Below are positions 8,920 to 18,636 of a DNA stretch of 64,000 nt, piece by piece. How positions within the stretch are numbered: position 1 is the first letter of the stretch; every line of letters starts with the position of its first letter. Source of the stretch: Clostridia bacterium (lineage in GTDB: Bacteria > Bacillota > Clostridia > Oscillospirales > SIG627); assembly GCA_017440805.1 (NCBI GenBank), contig JAFSGN010000022.1:280298-344297 (forward strand), read 5' to 3'. A model generated the notes under the pieces. That model was not told the DNA's origin and made no database searches. It saw only the letters and a program-made list of their open reading frames with translations. Position numbers and translations under genes: made by a program.

Positions 8920-10077
8920 TTATCTCTTTCCGAATATTCTTTTCCAAAATGATTTTTCAGGGAGAATACTCACACTGTTTTCAAACTTTAATTCTACTTC
9001 GCCCACATATTTTCCGTTTTGCTTAAAGATTACTTTTCCTGCCTGTTCACCTTTGTCTACAGGAGGATAATAAAATCTGAAAAGTTCCACCGTGTGCGTT
9101 ATGGGTGCTGAAGACTTTTTTACACATACACTAAATTCTTTATCATTAGAGACCTTTACGGAAGACTCCTTACCGCCCGGCACAGAGACATCAAAACAGA
9201 ATTCTCCGGTTTTTGCCACTATACGGTTTTCATACAGTGTATATCCGTACTCGGTCAGTTTTTTATGAATATTCCAATCGTCACCTGCATTGAGCGTTAC
9301 ACATATCATATATATTCCGTCCCGCAAAGTACCCGAAACAAGACACCGTCCCGCCGTCTTTGTGTATCCGGTTTTCCCACCGATACAGCCATCAAGTTGC
9401 CACAAAAGGCGATTATGATTTGAAAAATAGCGATATCCTTCTGTTTTAAGCGGTACTTTATGATTTTTTGCAGATGTGATTTCCAAAAACACCTTATTAT
9501 CAATAGCATAGGAAAACAACCTTGCCATATCCCGTGCAGATGAATAATGATTTTCAGACGGCAAACCATGAGGATTTTCAAAATGTGTATTATTTAATCC
9601 CAGTTCTTTTGCCTTATCGTTCATAAGCCGGACAAAGGCTTCTTTGGAACCTGCAGTATGAATGGCAATAGCCTCTGCTGCATCATTTGCCGACTCAAGC
9701 ATCAAAGCATAAAGCATATCCAAAAGGGACAATTTCTCCCCTGCTTCAAGATATACAGATGAACCCTCGACTCCCACTGCTTCCCCGGGCATTGTAACTA
9801 TACTGTCGATAGGAGAGTTTTCGAGAGCAACTATTGCAGTCATTATTTTTGTTGTACTTGCCATTGGAAGTCTTAATTCCCCGTTAGACGAATAAACAAA
9901 TTCATCGGTATTTTTATTGTAAAGAACAACCGCCGAGGCATATATATTGTCCGTCGGGGCTATTACGGCATCTGTCTTTTCGGTTGTAAATTCAAATCCG
10001 GATGCTAATGTACTTAAACAGAGTATTGCTATAACCGCAATTGCCGCTAAAATTCTGCAGCAGTATTTTTTTATCAT
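8920..10077 (-). CDS. dacB: D-alanyl-D-alanine carboxypeptidase (S11, DacB-like)
   Basis: Signal peptide, ASTTK, SAN, KTG motifs, NPHGL. Position next to scpAB/ytfJ/rluB as in other spore formers. SD GAAAGGTGG precedes ATG 10077. Confidence 0.85.
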   Translation of the reverse strand: MIKKYCCRILAAIAVIAILCLSTLASGFEFTTEKTDAVIAPTDNIYASAVVLYNKNTDEFVYSSNGELRLPMASTTKIMTAIVALENSPIDSIVTMPGEAVGVEGSSVYLEAGEKLSLLDMLYALMLESANDAAEAIAIHTAGSKEAFVRLMNDKAKELGLNNTHFENPHGLPSENHYSSARDMARLFSYAIDNKVFLEITSAKNHKVPLKTEGYRYFSNHNRLLWQLDGCIGGKTGYTKTAGRCLVSGTLRDGIYMICVTLNAGDDWNIHKKLTEYGYTLYENRIVAKTGEFCFDVSVPGGKESSVKVSNDKEFSVCVKKSSAPITHTVELFRFYYPPVDKGEQAGKVIFKQNGKYVGEVELKFENSVSILPEKSFWKRIFGKR

Positions 10078-10085
10078 AACTGCAA

Positions 10086-10129
10086 ACCACCTTTCAATCA
10101 ATCATATTCTGAAAGGTGATTATTTATTC
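10086..10129 (-). promoter_or_regulatory. Putative sigE promoter of dacB with SD-sequestering hairpin
   Basis: Minus strand GAATA-N16-AATATGAT (10129-10101). Spacer ATCACCTTTCAG pairs with TTGAAAGGTGGT, which contains the SD. Confidence 0.65.
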
Positions 10130-10130
10130 T

Positions 10131-10556
10131 TTACTTACTCTCTTGTTCCTGATTCTGTTTTTTAGGGAACAGTTCCATAAATCTTTGAACCAAATCGGGA
10201 GAACGCTCTATAAAATCCGCTATTGTACCTACAATATTGTCAGAAGCGGAAACAGAAGGCTGATTAAGATTAAGTATACGGACATCGTCCTTTGTAACAA
10301 CAAGAAACGCAACGGGTGTCACTGTCATTCCGGCACCGTTTCCTCCGCCGAAATGTGCCTGTGCCCGGGTAGGATTATGCTTACTGTCATAATCAACACC
10401 GCCTGAAGTAATTCCCACTGCGACCTTTGATACCGGAATTATAACGGTATCATTCAAAGTGTTTATAGGTGTGCCCACTATGGTGTCAACATTCAGAACC
10501 TGTTTTATGTTCTCCAAAGAAGCCTCGATAACTTGTTTCAATGGTATGTCGTTCAT
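10131..10556 (-). CDS. gerW: GerW/YtfJ family sporulation protein
   Basis: DTIVGTPI, IIPVSKV..G..SGG, FGGGNGAG..VTPVAFLVV. Start set at MNDIP (SD GAAAGGA). Confidence 0.9.
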   Translation of the reverse strand: MNDIPLKQVIEASLENIKQVLNVDTIVGTPINTLNDTVIIPVSKVAVGITSGGVDYDSKHNPTRAQAHFGGGNGAGMTVTPVAFLVVTKDDVRILNLNQPSVSASDNIVGTIADFIERSPDLVQRFMELFPKKQNQEQESK

Positions 10557-10560
10557 AATT

Positions 10561-11184
10561 TTATTTTCCTTTCCTGTTAATTCTATCTGTAACATTTTTA
10601 TTCAGAATTCCCATTGTCTTAAGTGTAATCACTATCAGATGCCAGACCTTGAGTGTTACAATCATTTCCGATTGGAAAACACATTTTTCCGATGTATAAT
10701 CAGGTTTTATTATTATATTATTGTCATTTCTCTTAAATTTTCTGACAAAATTAGTTATTAAATCCAGCATTACCGAAACAGCATTGCAAACAGCACCGTA
10801 CATATATGCCGTTTTATCCGCCTCGGAAGAACCGATTGTTGCTATCAACTTTTTCAGATTGATTTTCAGTTTTGCAGAAAGATTTTCGGAAAGCATCTGA
10901 ATAATTGAACCTACCAAATCGATAAATCCAATAAAGTCTTCAAAGGTTCCCTTCTTTTTTCTGTCCCTGGCAGTTTCGGTCTTTGATATTTTTTTTCTGC
11001 TTTTTGATATAGTCTTGGTTCGGTTTTTTCCGTTGAACAAATCCATCACATCAAAGGTAATAAAGCATATTCTGATTTTTGCCTGAAATTCGGTTTCATA
11101 CTTCAGAATCAAATTTGCATCAAGCAAAAGCACCAGCATGATTATTGCTGCAAAAGCCAACAATATATACAGTAAAACCGTCAT
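10561..11184 (-). CDS. DUF2953/YtfI-like membrane-anchored protein
   Basis: N-terminal TM, G..EAD.TA..YG motif, I.PD(Y/F). Lies directly upstream of gerW. Confidence 0.7.
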   Translation of the reverse strand: MTVLLYILLAFAAIIMLVLLLDANLILKYETEFQAKIRICFITFDVMDLFNGKNRTKTISKSRKKISKTETARDRKKKGTFEDFIGFIDLVGSIIQMLSENLSAKLKINLKKLIATIGSSEADKTAYMYGAVCNAVSVMLDLITNFVRKFKRNDNNIIIKPDYTSEKCVFQSEMIVTLKVWHLIVITLKTMGILNKNVTDRINRKGK

Positions 11185-11204
11185 TTTTTCCGCCTTTAAT
11201 AAAA

Positions 11205-11774
11205 TTAATCAATATCCAGAGATATCTGTGCATCACCATATTTATCAATGTCGGGAAGGTCGTCTACCGAACTGAGTCCGAAACTCTTAAGGAAGTTAAG
11301 CGTTGTACCATACAAAATAGGTCGTCCCGGAGCATCCATCCGTCCCCTCTCCTCTATCAGTTCTTTTTCCAAGAGAGTATTTACTATACCGCTGCAATCG
11401 ACACCTCTGATTTTTTCTATGTATGCCTTGGTAACAGGTTGTGTGTACGCGATTATAGCAAGAACCTCAAGTGAGGGTTTTGACAGGGACACATTTCTTT
11501 TCACTTCAAGTGCCTTTGATACATAATCCTTATACTCTATTCGAGTACAAAGTGTGACGGTGTCTTCAAGGGACAACAATTCAAATCCGCCGGGATACTT
11601 TCCCATTCTGAGTTTTAACGCAGTAATGGTAACCTCCAGTTCGTCAGGATTGATTTCAAGGATTTCACAAAGTTTTTCCTTTTCAACCGGTGTACCGCAG
11701 GCAAATAAAATTGCCTCCAATGCTCCTGCAAAATGTTCTCTTTCGTAATCGTAGAATTTAGATTCAGTTATCAT
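11205..11774 (-). CDS. scpB: SMC-Scp complex subunit ScpB
   Basis: LEAILFA, LS..SLEVLAIIAY.QPVTKA.IE.IRGV, GR.DAPGRP.LYGTT..FL..FGL. Confidence 0.95.
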   Translation of the reverse strand: MITESKFYDYEREHFAGALEAILFACGTPVEKEKLCEILEINPDELEVTITALKLRMGKYPGGFELLSLEDTVTLCTRIEYKDYVSKALEVKRNVSLSKPSLEVLAIIAYTQPVTKAYIEKIRGVDCSGIVNTLLEKELIEERGRMDAPGRPILYGTTLNFLKSFGLSSVDDLPDIDKYGDAQISLDID

Positions 11775-12498
11775 TTTTCTTATCTCTTATTAATTTTATT
11801 TTATAATCACTTTCCTCCTGGGACACTCTTATTCTGCCGGATTTTGTAAGTTCAAGTGCCGCAAGAAAGATTGCCACCACTTCTGATTTAGATTTACTGT
11901 CCATTATCAATTCGCTAAATTTTACGGATTTATCCGCATTGTCTGCACGGCAAAGTTTCCTGAGAACATAAATAATTTTTTCTTCTACAGGTATAACACG
12001 GTGTTGTATCATAGCACCTATGGTTTTAAAATTATTTTCTTTTTTAACCTGAAGTGCATTAACTTTAATTGACGCAAAAGCCTGTGCAAGTTCCTGGGGT
12101 TCGTAACTGCGTAAAACGCGTGTAATCTGCATTTTCATTCCGGCGCTTCTGTAACGCTCGAAAAAGTTTTCTTTTCGTCTGTTCAAATAGTCGGCTATAT
12201 CTTTTACCTTAGAATACTCAAGAAGTGCAGTCACAAGTTCATTTCTCGGGTCTTCTGCCTGTTCGTCGCGAGGTAACAGCATACGGGATTTTATATACAG
12301 AAGTTCACACGCCATTACGACAAACTCGCTTGATAGTTCTATGTTTTCCCTGGCTGCCCTGTCCATATAGTCAAGGTACTGTTCCAGTATCTCGGAAATC
12401 GGGATATCATATATATTTATCTTGTTTTTTGATATAAGGCTCAACAGTAAATCAAGCGGACCGTCAAAAACCTCTAATTTATAATTTATTGTTTCCAT
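11764..12498 (-). CDS. scpA: Segregation and condensation protein A
   Basis: FDGPLDLLL.LI, EF.VMA..LLYIKSRMLLP, EDPR.ELV, FLA.LEL. Confidence 0.95.
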   Translation of the reverse strand: METINYKLEVFDGPLDLLLSLISKNKINIYDIPISEILEQYLDYMDRAARENIELSSEFVVMACELLYIKSRMLLPRDEQAEDPRNELVTALLEYSKVKDIADYLNRRKENFFERYRSAGMKMQITRVLRSYEPQELAQAFASIKVNALQVKKENNFKTIGAMIQHRVIPVEEKIIYVLRKLCRADNADKSVKFSELIMDSKSKSEVVAIFLAALELTKSGRIRVSQEESDYKIKLIRDKKNDN

Positions 12499-12500
12499 AT

Positions 12501-13259
12501 TCAACCTCTTGGAGGAAGTAAGTCCACAACAAATTCAAGCCCGCTGAAAACAGAATTGCCTATAAGATTAAGCGGTCTGTCAAGAACATCAAAAACAAGA
12601 AGCAAAAGAAGTACTAATGTAATGTGTTTTTCATACTTTACAAAGGTAATAAGTACATTTCTGGGGAGAAATCTGTAAAGTATTTTTGAGCCGTCAAGCG
12701 GAGGGATAGGTAAAAGATTAAATATTGCCAAACCAATATTGAGTTGAATCATATACGAGAAAAAATATATTGTAAAATAATAAACATAAAAGAAAAATTC
12801 TCCGGGGAAAGAGGCTCCGGACAACAGCGGCATACTCCATAATGTAATATACTTTATTGCAACCATGGAAATTAGTGCAATTATAATATTTGCAACAGGT
12901 CCTGAAATTGCTATAACAGCCATATCCTTAAGAGGATTTTTCAAACTGTTTCCGCTCACAGGAACAGGAGCAGCAAAAGTAAAGCATATCATTACCGACA
13001 TCAAAGACATAACAAAACCACTATTTGCACCGTTTGTAAATGTACCTATCGCCATAATGATTATAAGTAAAAGAAAGCTTGAAAAATTTATATGGTCAAA
13101 GGGGTTTAATGAAAGTCTTCCGCTCTCCTTGGCTGTATCATCACCAAGTTTGTATGAAACATAGCCATGTGCAACCTCATGAAATGTGATACTTATAAGT
13201 AAAACAACAATACTTATTGCAAGGCTGACTAAATCAAGCAACCACACATTATCAAACAT
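12501..13259 (-). CDS. Site-2 protease (M50 family)
   Basis: HEVAH, LGD.TAK..GRLSLNP, GP.AN, FNLLPIPPLDG. Confidence 0.9.
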   Translation of the reverse strand: MFDNVWLLDLVSLAISIVVLLISITFHEVAHGYVSYKLGDDTAKESGRLSLNPFDHINFSSFLLLIIIMAIGTFTNGANSGFVMSLMSVMICFTFAAPVPVSGNSLKNPLKDMAVIAISGPVANIIIALISMVAIKYITLWSMPLLSGASFPGEFFFYVYYFTIYFFSYMIQLNIGLAIFNLLPIPPLDGSKILYRFLPRNVLITFVKYEKHITLVLLLLLVFDVLDRPLNLIGNSVFSGLEFVVDLLPPRG

Positions 13260-13351
13260 TGTATGACCCCCTCTTTCTTTTGTAATATCTGTCTGACCGG
13301 TTTATAAACAATAATAAAGATAATAAATTATAATATTTTTTCATTGTACTC

Positions 13352-13379
13352 TTGCTTTTTCAGAATTTTATGGTATAAT
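13352..13379 (+). promoter_or_regulatory. sigA promoter with extended -10
   Basis: TTGCTT-N16-TATAAT with TG preceding the -10. Confidence 0.5.
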
Positions 13380-13428
13380 GTATGTATCCGGATTTCTGTT
13401 TTAATTTTGGGAAGGAACTGTCACAAAT

Positions 13429-13992
13429 ATGGATACTGCTATCAAATTGAACAACGATGACGATATAAAAATCCTTATTCTGTATTTACTTGAGAATATT
13501 GATATTCCTTTAGATTTTGACACTATTTGTGAAGTTATATTTACAATAGATTTTGTTCGTCACTTTGATTTTGCCGACCAGTTTGCCGACTTACTCAGCC
13601 GTGGGCTTGTAAACGAAATAACCGTTAATAACCAGGAAAAGAAGAAATATATTATTTCTTCTAAAGGCAAAGTCGCCCTTGACGGTTGCGGAGATATATT
13701 GCTTGACCTTATAAAAGAAAAGGCGTTACTTGCCGCAAAGCGTTTTCTTGAATATAAAGAACACGGTTTTATGGTAATGTCATATATTGAGGATTCCCCG
13801 CTGGAAGATGACAGTGACGGAGCAATGCTGCACTGTGTAATAAAAGACAACCGACTTACAATGCTTAATCTTGAAACCTATGTGGGAAGCCGCAGAATTG
13901 CCGAAAATATGAAAATAGTTTTTGAAAAGAAGGCAGAAGAACTGCTCAATCAATTCCACGCGATAATGAGTCAGGACATTAATTTACTTTAA
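13429..13992 (+). CDS. DUF4364 family protein (winged-helix-like)
   Basis: KILILYLL....PL, Y.I...G...L, and C-terminal l.l.v.sr..A pattern recalled for clostridial DUF4364. SD GAAGGA. Confidence 0.65.
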   Translation: MDTAIKLNNDDDIKILILYLLENIDIPLDFDTICEVIFTIDFVRHFDFADQFADLLSRGLVNEITVNNQEKKKYIISSKGKVALDGCGDILLDLIKEKALLAAKRFLEYKEHGFMVMSYIEDSPLEDDSDGAMLHCVIKDNRLTMLNLETYVGSRRIAENMKIVFEKKAEELLNQFHAIMSQDINLL

Positions 13993-14463
13993 ATTCAACA
14001 ATGCAACAGCATGGGATGAAATTCCCTCAAGTCTGCCGGTAAAGCCCAACCGTTCTTCGGTTGTGGCTTTTATATTTATACTCTCGCATTCAAGTATTTT
14101 TTTCAAATTATCCGCCATTTGAGGAATAAACGGTGCAAGTTTCGGCTTTTGTGCTATAACGGTAATATCTGCGTTAACCACATCAAAGCCTTTGTCATCT
14201 AAAATCTTTTTCACACATTTCAACAACTCAAGGCTTGATACACCCTTATATTTTTCATCTGTATCGGGAAAATGTTTTCCAATATCACCCATACATGCCG
14301 CACCAAGCAACGCATCCATAAGTGCATGACACAACACATCTGCATCTGAATGTCCCAGAAGTCCCATTTCAAACGGCACTTCAACGCCGCCTAAAATCAA
14401 TTTCCGCTGACTGTCAAAACGATGCACATCATATCCGTGACCTATTCTGAATCCGCAAGGCAC
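13984..14463 (-). CDS. ispF: 2-C-methyl-D-erythritol 2,4-cyclodiphosphate synthase
   Basis: [37 protein letters not shown]. Confidence 0.97.
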   Translation of the reverse strand: MPCGFRIGHGYDVHRFDSQRKLILGGVEVPFEMGLLGHSDADVLCHALMDALLGAACMGDIGKHFPDTDEKYKGVSSLELLKCVKKILDDKGFDVVNADITVIAQKPKLAPFIPQMADNLKKILECESINIKATTEERLGFTGRLEGISSHAVALLNLK

Positions 14464-15221
14464 TTTTCTGCACCTCTCTTTTTTAGTATAGAATCTATAA
14501 TATCATAATCCTGAGGTACTGTCAATTTTAAATTCGGTATACCTATATCCGACAGTTTAATTTTAAATCCTGCATTTTCAACCATTGAACAATCATCAGT
14601 AACCGCAAGGTCGCCTTTAAGGTGAATAGCCAATGCAGTTCTGTAAATATCGCAGGAAAAAATCTGGGGTGTCTGGGCTGCATAAAGGTCCTCGCGGGGT
14701 ATTGTTTTTTTGATAAATCCGCTACCATCCGCTTTTTTTACGGTGTCGACGACTTTACTGCACGCACACGCTGCACCGTACTTATATGCATCACGAAAAA
14801 CAAAATCAATTTTTTCCGTAGTAATAAGCGGTCTTGCGGCATCATGTATAGCAACATACTTGATGTTGTTTTTTAATTTTTCAAATCCGTTTTTAACTGA
14901 TTCATCACGAGTACTGCCGCCGGAAACAATATCTGTAACCTTTTTAAACCCGTACTTTTCTACTATATTCTTCATTTTCTCAATGTCATCATTCCGTGTA
15001 ACTATTATTACCTGCTCGACATTAAGACTCTTTTCAAAAGCAATAAGGCTGTAATAGACTGCCGGAAAACCATCAATTTCAATAAACTGTTTTGCAATAT
15101 TTCCCATACGGCTGCCGTTTCCGGCAGCCGCTATTATTGCCGCGGAACTACGCCTTTTTTTTGTTCCGGGAACTCTATACATTAATTCCGACAGTTTAGC
15201 AGTCACACTGCGAAATCTCAT
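14442..15221 (-). CDS. ispD: MEP cytidylyltransferase
   Basis: AAAG.GSRM...KQF, GG.TR..SV, IHDAARP, AQTPQ, TDD. Confidence 0.95.
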   Translation of the reverse strand: MRFRSVTAKLSELMYRVPGTKKRRSSAAIIAAAGNGSRMGNIAKQFIEIDGFPAVYYSLIAFEKSLNVEQVIIVTRNDDIEKMKNIVEKYGFKKVTDIVSGGSTRDESVKNGFEKLKNNIKYVAIHDAARPLITTEKIDFVFRDAYKYGAACACSKVVDTVKKADGSGFIKKTIPREDLYAAQTPQIFSCDIYRTALAIHLKGDLAVTDDCSMVENAGFKIKLSDIGIPNLKLTVPQDYDIIDSILKKRGAEKCLADSE

Positions 15222-15751
15222 CAGCGGTAGTTATATCCGATGGAAAGTGCCTTTTTATTGAGGGCAATCAGTCTTTCCTTTGACGGAGGAATTGAACCAG
15301 TCATTACTTCTTCAAAGTAATTATAGTCATATATACCTGTAACCTGAATAAGTTTTCCCAGCATTATAACATTTGCCATACCGCTTATTTCGTTCTGATT
15401 TGCAAGTTCGGTAGCAGGGATATAGTAGGCTTGAATATCTGTTCTGTCAGTCTTTTTGGAAATAAGAGAACTGTCTGAAATAAGGATACCGCCTGCTTTT
15501 ATCTTATTTTCGAATTTTTCGAAAGACGGAAGATTGAGAGCAATAAGGATATCCGGGTCGGTTACAAGGGGTGAACCGATAGGTTCGTCAGAAACTATTA
15601 CAGAGCAATTTGCTGTACCGCCACGCATTTCAGGGCCATAGGAAGGGAGCCAGCTTACTTCTTTATCAGATTTCATACCGGCATAGGCAATTTGCTTGCC
15701 TGCAAAAAGTATTCCCTGTCCTCCAAAGCCTGCAAGAAGAATATTATACAT
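15221..15751 (-). CDS. 2-oxoacid:ferredoxin oxidoreductase gamma subunit
   Basis: AGFGGQG, PSYGPEMRGGTANC.V, AN..MLG. Confidence 0.92.
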   Translation of the reverse strand: MYNILLAGFGGQGILFAGKQIAYAGMKSDKEVSWLPSYGPEMRGGTANCSVIVSDEPIGSPLVTDPDILIALNLPSFEKFENKIKAGGILISDSSLISKKTDRTDIQAYYIPATELANQNEISGMANVIMLGKLIQVTGIYDYNYFEEVMTGSIPPSKERLIALNKKALSIGYNYR

Positions 15752-15752
15752 A

Positions 15753-16502
15753 TTATTTATCCTCCTTTACTGTTATGTCCTTGTATACACCAAGGGGATA
15801 GAACGGCATCATATCGCTTCTGAGCCATTCAAGTGCTTCCTGAGGTGTTTTGCCCCAGTTGGTAGGACAAGTGGAGAGAACTTCTACGATGGAAAAGCCC
15901 AACTTGTTTTTCTGAACTTCAAACGCTTTTCTTATAGCCTTTTTGGCGTTATTGATGTTTTTAACACAGTCAACAGCAACTCTTTCGGCATATGCTGTGC
16001 CGTCCAATGTCGCCAGCATTTCGCATACTCTGATAGGATTTCCCTGAAGTTTCAGGTCGCGTCCGTAGGGAGATGTGGTTGAGTACTGTCCCGGCAATGT
16101 TGTAGGAGCCATCTGACCGCCTGTCATACCGTAAATAGCATTGTTTATAAATATGATGGTTATATTTTCGCCTCTTGCCCCCACATGAACAGTTTCGGCT
16201 GTTCCGATTGCAGCAAGGTCTCCGTCGCCCTGATAAGTAAATACAAAGTTATCAGGCATGGCTCTTTTAACACCGGTCGCAACAGCAGGTGCTCTTCCGT
16301 GAGGAGCCTCTATCATGTCGCAATTAAAGTAATTATATGCAAAAACCGAACATCCTACAGGTGCGATACCTACTGTCTTTCCTTCTATGCCGAACTCGTC
16401 TATCACTTCTGCCACAAGACGATGCACTATACCGTGAGTACATCCGGGACAGTAATGAAAAGGAACATCGGTCAATGCTTTTGGTTTATCAAATACTACC
16501 AT
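15753..16502 (-). CDS. 2-oxoacid:ferredoxin oxidoreductase beta (TPP-binding) subunit
   Basis: YCPGCTHG, VGC, HGR, GDGDLAAIG...NNAIYGMTGGQ, STCPTNW. Confidence 0.92.
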   Translation of the reverse strand: MVVFDKPKALTDVPFHYCPGCTHGIVHRLVAEVIDEFGIEGKTVGIAPVGCSVFAYNYFNCDMIEAPHGRAPAVATGVKRAMPDNFVFTYQGDGDLAAIGTAETVHVGARGENITIIFINNAIYGMTGGQMAPTTLPGQYSTTSPYGRDLKLQGNPIRVCEMLATLDGTAYAERVAVDCVKNINNAKKAIRKAFEVQKNKLGFSIVEVLSTCPTNWGKTPQEALEWLRSDMMPFYPLGVYKDITVKEDK

Positions 16503-16518
16503 TGTTATTCATCCTTTC

Positions 16519-17574
16519 TTATTCAGCATATTTTTCAATATTTTCAAGAACTTCGTTTACCGAAGGCATCATTCCTCCGGTGCGTCCGAAAAATTCTACA
16601 GGTTTTTTGAACTGTGTTGCCAACTTTACATCTTCAACCATCTGTCCCATGCTAAGTTCTACAGCAAGGAATTTCTTTGTTGAATCAGCAAGTTGGTTTA
16701 ATCTTTCAGAGGGGAACGGCCACAAGGTTATGGGGCGGAAGAGTCCTGCCTTAATTCCTTTTTTGCGTGCGGCATTTACTGCTGATTTTGCAATACGCGC
16801 AGTTATACCGAAAGCAACAACAACTATATCTGCATCGTCGGTAAGATACTCTTCGTATTTAACCTCTGTTTTTTCAATCTTCTTATATTTTTCAAAACGC
16901 TCAATTACGGTTCTCTCAAGTTCATCGGGTTCTATGTAAAGAGAATTTACAATATTGTGTTTGCGTTTGCCGTCGTGTCCGCAGGCAGCCCATGTCTTTT
17001 CCGGTATTTCTCTTGGAGTTCTTGCTTCAAAGTCAACCGGCTCCATCATCTGACCGAGTGCGCCGTCTGCGAGAATCATTGCAGGCATTCTGTAAATATC
17101 CGAAAGGTCAAAGGCTTCCATTGTAAGGTCGGCAATTTCCTGAATTGACGCGGGTGCAAGTACAAGAATGTGCTGGTCACCGTGTCCCAGTGCTCTTGTT
17201 GCCTGATAATAGTCCGCCTGAGACGGCTGAATACCACCCAATCCGGGGCCTCCGCGTTGCACATTTACGATTACGCAAGGCAGGTCTGAACCGACAATGT
17301 ATGATATACCTTCTGATTTAAGGCTTATTCCGGGGGAAGATGACGATGTCATTACTCTTTTTCCGGTAGATGCCGCACCGAGAACCATATTTATAGCGGC
17401 AATTTCACTTTCTGCCTGCACACAAAGTCCGTCAACTTTAGGCATACGCTTTGCAAAAGTTTCCGCAACTTCGGTCTGAGGTGTTATAGGATAACCGAAG
17501 AAAAGTCGGCATCCCGCTTTTATGGCAGCTTCAGCTATTGCTTCGTTGCCTTTCATCAGTATCTTTTTACTCAT
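16519..17574 (-). CDS. vorB: 2-oxoacid:ferredoxin oxidoreductase alpha subunit (VorB-like)
   Basis: GNEAIAEAA, GYPITPQTE, ESEIAA, SSSPG.SLK.E, RGGPGLG.IQPSQ. Confidence 0.88.
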   Translation of the reverse strand: MSKKILMKGNEAIAEAAIKAGCRLFFGYPITPQTEVAETFAKRMPKVDGLCVQAESEIAAINMVLGAASTGKRVMTSSSSPGISLKSEGISYIVGSDLPCVIVNVQRGGPGLGGIQPSQADYYQATRALGHGDQHILVLAPASIQEIADLTMEAFDLSDIYRMPAMILADGALGQMMEPVDFEARTPREIPEKTWAACGHDGKRKHNIVNSLYIEPDELERTVIERFEKYKKIEKTEVKYEEYLTDDADIVVVAFGITARIAKSAVNAARKKGIKAGLFRPITLWPFPSERLNQLADSTKKFLAVELSMGQMVEDVKLATQFKKPVEFFGRTGGMMPSVNEVLENIEKYAE

Positions 17575-17588
17575 TTGTATATCTCCTT

Positions 17589-17798
17589 TTAATCTTTTTC
17601 AACTTTAATAACTACATCGGGGCAGACAGTCGCACAAAATGCACAGGCAATACACTTGGTATCATCTGTAATTGTAGCCGGATGATAACCTTTTTTATTC
17701 AGTATTGTCGTGTCAAGTGAAATAATTTTCTTGGGGCAGGCGGAAACACACAATCCGCATCCTTTGCACAAATCAATTTTAAATGTTACCTTTTTCAT
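17589..17798 (-). CDS. 2x[4Fe-4S] ferredoxin (delta subunit)
   Basis: Two CxxCxxCxxxCP motifs. Confidence 0.92.
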   Translation of the reverse strand: MKKVTFKIDLCKGCGLCVSACPKKIISLDTTILNKKGYHPATITDDTKCIACAFCATVCPDVVIKVEKD

Positions 17799-17813
17799 AT
17801 GTACTCCTTTTAA

Positions 17814-18485
17814 CTAATAATATATATGTTTTGTTATATCTCTGATAAACACCATATCTTTTTTTTGTTCCGGGGAGAACTGGCTCTCCAGAGTATCCAT
17901 TACTGTTGTGGCAGCAATTTCAAGGCCGGTAATGCGTGAAATTTCTTTGGCATATTCCATACCTGAAAGTATTATGTCACGGGTTGTTTCGATTCCGAGA
18001 TTTGTATTGTTTATAATTGCCGAAAATTTCATCCCCGATGTCTTTTCAATCTCGTACATCATTTGTGCTGCATCCACAGGGTTTTCAACCTGCGGACGGC
18101 ACATATTAACAACATAGTACATTTCATATCCGCGTTTTAAAAATCCCTGTGAAAATCCGCAGAGTGCAACAGCACCTGCATCATCGCCCCCTACATCAAA
18201 AACCGCACTTTTACCCGGCAGAAAAACCGAGTTTATATTTGCAGGGACAGAAGGAATATCAACATTTGTATTTGCGAAAACAGGTGTTATAACATGTATT
18301 CCCTGTTCCTCAAGTTCCTCCTTATTGTCCGCGGAGCGAAAAAACGGATTGACCAAATCCAAATCTATAAGTGTAATATCACTGTCTTTCATTTTGAGTG
18401 CCAGATTGACCGCCACATTTGTCTTTCCCACTCCGTAGTGACCGCATATTACATATATAACATTTTTTCTGAATATGTCTATCAA
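17814..18485 (-). CDS. P-loop NTPase (MinD/ParA/CobQ-like), function unknown
   Basis: GHYGVGKT Walker A, DLDLVNPFFRS, DVGGD. First gene of the oxidoreductase operon. Confidence 0.75.
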   Translation of the reverse strand: MIDIFRKNVIYVICGHYGVGKTNVAVNLALKMKDSDITLIDLDLVNPFFRSADNKEELEEQGIHVITPVFANTNVDIPSVPANINSVFLPGKSAVFDVGGDDAGAVALCGFSQGFLKRGYEMYYVVNMCRPQVENPVDAAQMMYEIEKTSGMKFSAIINNTNLGIETTRDIILSGMEYAKEISRITGLEIAATTVMDTLESQFSPEQKKDMVFIRDITKHIYY

Positions 18486-18636
18486 AAACTCACCTCGGTA
18501 CTTCTGTGTTTTTTATAAAGCCACAGGTAAATAATCTACCTTATCAGTATACCACAAAATTGTAAAGTATGGAAGAGGTTTCAGTAAAAAAACACAAATA
18601 AATATATAATTATTTAAAGAATTGTAAAAAACAACT

